A stretch of 49,615 nucleotides of DNA. Origin: an uncultured Clostridia bacterium (GTDB lineage Bacteria; Bacillota; Clostridia; Christensenellales; UBA1242). The stretch lies in the NCBI GenBank assembly GCA_944364445.1, contig CALVWC010000002.1:1-49615 (forward strand). The letters run 5' to 3'. The notes beneath the pieces were generated by a model, which was not told the DNA's origin, searched no databases, and was given only the letters and a program-made list of their open reading frames with translations. Each line of letters begins with the position of its first letter. Within the stretch, counting starts at the first letter, position 1. A program made the translations under genes and the position numbers. Shown here in pieces: positions 45,477-49,615 of this stretch.

Positions 45477-45552
45477 TGGTGGATTGCCAGGGGCTCGAAC
45501 CCTGGACCCTTCGATTAAGAGTCGAATGCTCTACCAACTGAGCTAGCAATCC
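45477..45552 (-). tRNA. tRNA-Lys (anticodon CUU), CCA encoded
   Basis: Hand fold: acceptor GGATTGC/GCAATCC, D arm GCTCAGTTGGTAGAGC, anticodon stem TTCGA/TCGAA with loop CTCTTAA, T arm CAGGG-TTCGAGC-CCCTG, ACCA. Confidence 0.92.
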
Positions 45553-45582
45553 ATATTATTAAATTTTTATTTCAGGACTCTG

Positions 45583-45622
45583 GATTAAGAGTCTCGTGCT
45601 CTACCAACTGAGCTAGCAGTCC
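45583..45622 (-). pseudogene. orphan 5' portion of a second tRNA-Lys(CUU) gene (positions 1-40)
   Basis: The reverse complement reads GGACTGCTAGCTCAGTTGGTAGAGCACGAGACTCTTAATC, then diverges into non-tRNA sequence. Its acceptor strand GGACTGC is complementary to GCAGTCC of the orphan 3' piece at 37208-37214. Confidence 0.75.
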
Positions 45623-45734
45623 ATATGACTTTCATTGCGTTACAATTTCGGCTAATTTTTCAACTTTTCTCTATTTTACTTAAATTTTGTGGAAAAGTTG
45701 TTAATTTTTTAGCGTGCAATAAAAAACTATGTGT

Positions 45735-45763
45735 ATTATACAACACATTAAAATTTTTGTCAA
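45735..45763 (-). promoter_or_regulatory. consensus sigma-A promoter (TTGACA-17-TATAAT) upstream of the tRNA-Lys locus
   Basis: Minus strand: TTGACA (45763-45758), 17-nt spacer, TATAAT (45740-45735). About 110 nt upstream of the orphan 5' half. Confidence 0.65.
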
Positions 45764-45783
45764 TTATTTTTAATAAATTTCTC

Positions 45784-45957
45784 TTATGATTTTGTTTTTA
45801 TTTCTCCATGAAGCCTTTCAAAGTCGGTTATGTAGCGCTTTATGGCAATTTCAATCTCCTTGTTTTTTGAGCGAGCGTTATATTCGGCTGTGCATTGAAG
45901 TTTTTCGTGTAGTGTTGTGGAAATTCTCAGTGTAAACCTTGGATAATTGTGTTCCAT
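45784..45957 (-). CDS. ribbon-helix-helix (Arc/CopG-like) DNA-binding protein
   Basis: MEHNYPRFTLRISTTLHEKLQCTAEYNARSKNKEIEIAIKRYI fits a beta-alpha-alpha RHH pattern. ATG at 45957 follows GGAGGTGA. Confidence 0.6.
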   Translation of the reverse strand: MEHNYPRFTLRISTTLHEKLQCTAEYNARSKNKEIEIAIKRYITDFERLHGEIKTKS

Positions 45958-46087
45958 ATTTTCACCTCCATATAAAATTTTACTAAAAATTTGGCAAATT
46001 TCCATTCAAATTTTGCAAAAATTATATATTTTCGACATATTTCGACATCAAGATGCACAAATTAAACTTTAAACATATAAATTTACT

Positions 46088-47086
46088 ATGAGTGTGAATT
46101 TAAAGTTGATTAATGCGGATAATCTTCGCCATAACATTTCCTTATTTAAGGATAAAAAGGTTTGTCTTATGGTGAAAGCAAACGCCTATGGTCATGGACT
46201 TAAGGAAGTTGTGGAAATATGCGATGATTTGGTGGATGCGTATGGCGTTGTTAGTGAAGAAGAAGGTGCGGAACTTAGAAAACTGACGAAAAACCGCATC
46301 ATAATTTTTTCGATCGCACGCGACTTTCTTTTTTGCAAGTCGGAAAAATTGGAATTTATGATTGAAAATGAAGAAATGCTTTGGCAAGCGTTGGAATATG
46401 GCTGTAAGAATTTATTGCATCTTGCCATAAATTCTGGGATGAACAGGTTTGGTACAAAAAGCGAAATTGTGCTTAAAAACATCGACCAAATTTTAAAAGA
46501 AAAGAAGATTAATTTGAAATCAATTTACACGCATTTTTCGCAAGTTGAAAATGAGCGTGTGACGAAACAGCAATTTCAAAATTTTTTGAACCTTAGAAAT
46601 ATCATTTCTCAAGACGCACCTGTTTGTTTGGGTGGAAGTGGAGCAAGATATCTTAATGCTGATATGATAAGGTTGGGCATTGCTGGTTATGGATATGGAA
46701 ACGAGTGTGAAAAAGTTATGCAAATTCGTTCAAAAATTATTAAAATATTGTATGTAAAAAAGGGCGAATATGTGGGCTATGGCAAAAAGTTTCGGGCAAA
46801 ATCTCCGTGCTTTATAGGTCTTGTGCCGATAGGCTATGGAGATGGGCTTTTACGCAACCTCTCTCAAAAGTTCTATGTGAAAATAGACGGCAAAAAGTTT
46901 TGTGCGGGGGGAAACATCTGCATGGACTCGTTTTTTGTTAAAGTTGACGAGAGTGTTCATGTGGGAGATGAGGTGGAGGTTATGTTTGATGCCTCATATC
47001 TTGCCAAAAGAGCAAAGACCATCCCATATGAAATTTTAACAAATTTTTCTAAATTAAGAGGCGAAGTAAAAGTTGTTAGAAATTAA
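46088..47086 (+). CDS. alr: alanine racemase
   Basis: PLP-lysine motif MVKANAYGHG and C-terminal PYEILT. Somewhat short at 332 aa. Confidence 0.88.
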   Translation: MSVNLKLINADNLRHNISLFKDKKVCLMVKANAYGHGLKEVVEICDDLVDAYGVVSEEEGAELRKLTKNRIIIFSIARDFLFCKSEKLEFMIENEEMLWQALEYGCKNLLHLAINSGMNRFGTKSEIVLKNIDQILKEKKINLKSIYTHFSQVENERVTKQQFQNFLNLRNIISQDAPVCLGGSGARYLNADMIRLGIAGYGYGNECEKVMQIRSKIIKILYVKKGEYVGYGKKFRAKSPCFIGLVPIGYGDGLLRNLSQKFYVKIDGKKFCAGGNICMDSFFVKVDESVHVGDEVEVMFDASYLAKRAKTIPYEILTNFSKLRGEVKVVRN

Positions 47087-47156
47087 AAAAATGGTAAGAT
47101 AATAAAAAATTGCTAAATTTTTTGGAAAAATGAGCGATTTTTGATATAATGTCAAC

Positions 47157-47678
47157 ATGAGAATTGTTGCAGGTAAATTTAAAGGCAGACGCTTAGAAGA
47201 AAATAAATACGAGCATATCCGTCCAACCACGGACAAGGTTAGAGAAGCACTTTTTGTGAAACTGCAGTTTTTTCTTCCTGATAAGGATGTTTTGGACCTT
47301 TTTTGTGGCACGGGCGCGATGGGAATTGAGGCTCTTAGTCGAGGCGCAAACAGCGTGATTTTTGTGGATAAAGATGCACGAAGTGTGGCATTAACTAAAC
47401 AAAATCTTAAAATTGTGGGAAGTGATGCCAAGGTTGTGAAATGTGATGCAGTGAAATTTGTGGAGGTTTGCAAAGTTAAATTTGACCTTATTTTGCTTGA
47501 CCCGCCATATAAAAGTGGGCTGTATGAAAAAATAATTCCTCTTCTTCCAAACATCTTGAAGGAGGGAGGAGTTGTGGTCTGTGAACATGATTCGAAAGAT
47601 GTTTTTAATTACTCGCCATTTTCCGTTTATGACGAAAAAAGATATGGCAACATAACTTTGACATATCTGGAAATTTAA
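47157..47678 (+). CDS. rsmD: 16S rRNA (guanine966-N2)-methyltransferase RsmD
   Basis: MRIVAGKFKGRRL....RPTTDKVREALF, DLFCGTGAMGIEALSRGA, DPPY. Confidence 0.88.
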   Translation: MRIVAGKFKGRRLEENKYEHIRPTTDKVREALFVKLQFFLPDKDVLDLFCGTGAMGIEALSRGANSVIFVDKDARSVALTKQNLKIVGSDAKVVKCDAVKFVEVCKVKFDLILLDPPYKSGLYEKIIPLLPNILKEGGVVVCEHDSKDVFNYSPFSVYDEKRYGNITLTYLEI

Positions 47679-47722
47679 TAAACTTATTTTTGCCTTTTTC
47701 ATATATATTCCTAGGAGCGAAT

Positions 47723-49444
47723 ATGTGTGGAATTTGTGCATACAAAACAAAAGAAAATGCCGTTAAGTTGGCAGTTGAAAGTTTGAAAATTTTGGAATAT
47801 CGCGGATATGACTCGTGCGGTATTTCTCTATTTAAAAATGGTAAAATTGAAACGATAAAATCTCTTGTTGATATTGAAGATTTAAGAAAGAAAACTGAAA
47901 GCATATCATCGCATTTGGCTATCGGGCACACAAGGTGGGCTACACACGGAGGCGTCACACTTAAAAACGCTCATCCTCATTTATCTTCTTCAAACAAAAT
48001 TGCGCTTGTTCACAACGGCATTATTGAAAACTATAAAACGCTGAAAGAAAATTTAAACTGTGCTTTTCAATCAGAAACCGACAGCGAAGTTTTGGTCAAT
48101 TTAATTGAAAAGGAAGGCGGAAGTTTAATTGAAAAAGTGATTTCCGCTTCAAAAAAAGTGGAAGGAACTTTTGCGATTGCGGTAATTGAAAATGATGAAC
48201 TTGTGGTTGGAAAAAGAGAAAGTCCGCTTTATGTTGCTTTTTGTGAAAGTGGAGTTGTTGCCACAAGTGACATTTCAGCGTTTGTTGGAAATGTGAAAGA
48301 ATTTTACATTTTAAATGATGATGAATTTGCTTGCCTAAATGAAAATAAAATTGAATTTTTTAATAAAAATGGTGAAAAAATCAAAAAAAATGCGGAAATT
48401 TTGCCAAAAATCACTCAAAATTTTAAGATTTTTGATAAAACGCATATGGAAAGCGAGATTAAGGAAACTAAAATTGTTTTAAAAAACACTTTAAAGGAAT
48501 ATTTAAATTCAGATATTTTAACCAATTTAAACTTGCCAAAAAAAATTAAGGAAATTGACTTAATTGCTTGTGGAACGGCATACCACAGTGCACTTATGGG
48601 TGCGGAGTTTTTTAAGGAACAGGGGATTAATTCGCATGCCTATGTGGCAAGTGAATTTAGATATGGTAAGGAAATTTTAAGTAAAAACACTTTATATATT
48701 TTTGTTAGTCAAAGCGGAGAGACGGCGGACACCATTGCTTGTGCCAAACTTTTAAAGGAAAAGAAGATGCACCTTCTTGCATTAACCAACACGCCTAATT
48801 GCGTTTTGAACAGAGTTTGCGATAATGTTTTACCTACTTTTGCAGGAAAGGAGTTTGCGGTTGCCTCCACAAAAGCTTATTGTTGTCAAGTTTTTGTCCT
48901 TTATTTGTTTTCGCTTTTTCTTGCTCAAAATTTGCAAGATAACATTGAGGAGCTAATTAAATTTACAAATGATTTTCAAGTTCAAGATTTTGACAGGGCT
49001 TTGCTTGACAAGATTTATCATTATAAAAAAATTTTCTTTGTTGGTCGAGAGAAAGATTATATCACCGCCTTAGAGGCGAGTTTGAAACTTAAAGAAATTT
49101 CCTATATAAACTCCATTGCCATTTCCGCTGGCGAACTTAAGCATGGCACTTTGGCTCTTGTTGATGAAAGCACGCTTATAATCGCCATTTCAACTGAGGA
49201 AAATGTGCGTGAAAAACTTTTTTCAAATTTAGAGGAGATTAGGGCACGCGGAGGAGAAGTCATTCTTGTTTCCAATTTTAAAAGCGGGGGATTTACAAAA
49301 GTTTCGCTTTCATCGATGTGTGAAAATCTTATGCCGATTGTTTCAATAATTCCTCTTCAATTTTTTGCGCTTAGGATGTGCGAAAAGTTGGGATATAATC
49401 CAGACAAACCGAAAAATCTTGCAAAGTCTGTGACTGTGGAATAA
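47723..49444 (+). CDS. glmS: glutamine--fructose-6-phosphate aminotransferase (isomerizing)
   Basis: The mature N-terminal Cys requires the MCGI start at 47723 (AGGAG RBS). Has the GATase-2 domain, two SIS domains and the C-terminal ...LAKSVTVE. Confidence 0.95.
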   Translation: MCGICAYKTKENAVKLAVESLKILEYRGYDSCGISLFKNGKIETIKSLVDIEDLRKKTESISSHLAIGHTRWATHGGVTLKNAHPHLSSSNKIALVHNGIIENYKTLKENLNCAFQSETDSEVLVNLIEKEGGSLIEKVISASKKVEGTFAIAVIENDELVVGKRESPLYVAFCESGVVATSDISAFVGNVKEFYILNDDEFACLNENKIEFFNKNGEKIKKNAEILPKITQNFKIFDKTHMESEIKETKIVLKNTLKEYLNSDILTNLNLPKKIKEIDLIACGTAYHSALMGAEFFKEQGINSHAYVASEFRYGKEILSKNTLYIFVSQSGETADTIACAKLLKEKKMHLLALTNTPNCVLNRVCDNVLPTFAGKEFAVASTKAYCCQVFVLYLFSLFLAQNLQDNIEELIKFTNDFQVQDFDRALLDKIYHYKKIFFVGREKDYITALEASLKLKEISYINSIAISAGELKHGTLALVDESTLIIAISTEENVREKLFSNLEEIRARGGEVILVSNFKSGGFTKVSLSSMCENLMPIVSIIPLQFFALRMCEKLGYNPDKPKNLAKSVTVE

Positions 49445-49565
49445 ATTTTTTGAGATTTGCTTAAATTAAACTCCTTTTAAAAAAGTGATAAATGAAAAAT
49501 ATGGTGCATAAATTTAAACTGTGAAGTAAAAGTGCGGACGTATATTTTTGATAAAGGAGTCAATA

Positions 49566-49615
49566 ATGAAATTGAAAGCAAAGATACTAAAACGAGAGGA
49601 CAAATTTTTCAAGCC
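49566..49615 (+). CDS. start of an unidentified CDS (runs off the window)
   Basis: ATG 5 nt after AAAGGAGT. Only 16 codons are visible. Confidence 0.25.
   Translation, partial: MKLKAKILKREDKFFK

Larger units (their letters stand above)
37240..45593. mobile_element. integrative element (phage-satellite/PICI-like or integrative mobilisable island) of about 8.3 kb at tRNA-Lys
   Basis: Bounded by tRNA-Lys-derived repeats sharing the core GATTAAGAGTC (37240-37250, 45513-45523, 45583-45593). Contains int, xis-like, XRE repressor, primase-helicase and Rep-like genes. No capsid or packaging genes are visible. Confidence 0.75.

Noticed and set aside
47679-47722. Expected glmS ribozyme upstream of glmS
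   Set aside because: Only 44 nt lie between the rsmD stop and the MCGI start, and no ribozyme-sized leader is present. The extended ORF start at 47690 is also rejected, because GlmS needs Cys as its first mature residue.
1-49615. Alternative genetic code (UGA=Trp, Mollicutes-like), considered because of the low GC content
   Set aside because: Conserved genes are full length under the standard code. TGA is used as a genuine stop, for example at the rel stop (32699-32701) and the 4103-4105 ATGA overlap.

Overview
This is an AT-rich chromosomal segment that looks like Bacillota (Firmicutes). It uses the standard genetic code: TGA acts as a stop, for example in the rel/hemZ ATGA overlap at 32698-32701. 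Most of the window is conserved housekeeping. It contains trpS, rplM-rpsI, an ECF sigma/anti-sigma pair, a trxB-like gene, and rpmB (below the ORF-track cutoff, found by hand). It also contains asp23-DAK2(yloV), ppa, an ABC exporter, a CIRCE-controlled hrcA-grpE-dnaK-(2 inserted genes)-dnaJ operon, rsmE, mtaB and rpsU. The remaining housekeeping genes are tRNA-Leu(CAA), recJ, rel, a hemZ-like radical SAM gene, rpsO, pnp, alr, rsmD and glmS. The main accessory feature is an integrative element of about 8.3 kb (about 37.2-45.6 kb) inserted at a tRNA-Lys(CUU) locus. It is bounded by tRNA-derived repeats and carries a tyrosine integrase, an excisionase-like HTH, an XRE repressor, a primase-helicase and a Rep-like protein. 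It also carries a three-gene cargo operon (39379-41662, minus strand) that I could not assign to any known system. That operon encodes a fusion of an uncharacterised N-terminal domain to a DnaA-like AAA+ core with a degenerate Walker A, a C-terminally membrane-anchored protein, and a DEDD exonuclease-like protein with substituted catalytic residues. This operon is my best candidate for an undescribed system (anti-phage or replication interference). Secondary oddities are listed here. GrpE has a metallothionein-like Cys-rich N-terminus. Two extra genes sit between dnaK and dnaJ. The Rel hydrolase (HD) motifs look lost. A GC-rich perfectly nested palindromic module follows rpsI. A Thr/Pro-rich protein with Cys clusters at both ends follows the DAK2 gene. 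A candidate leader peptide precedes the ABC exporter. All functional calls come from motif recognition by eye; no database search was run.
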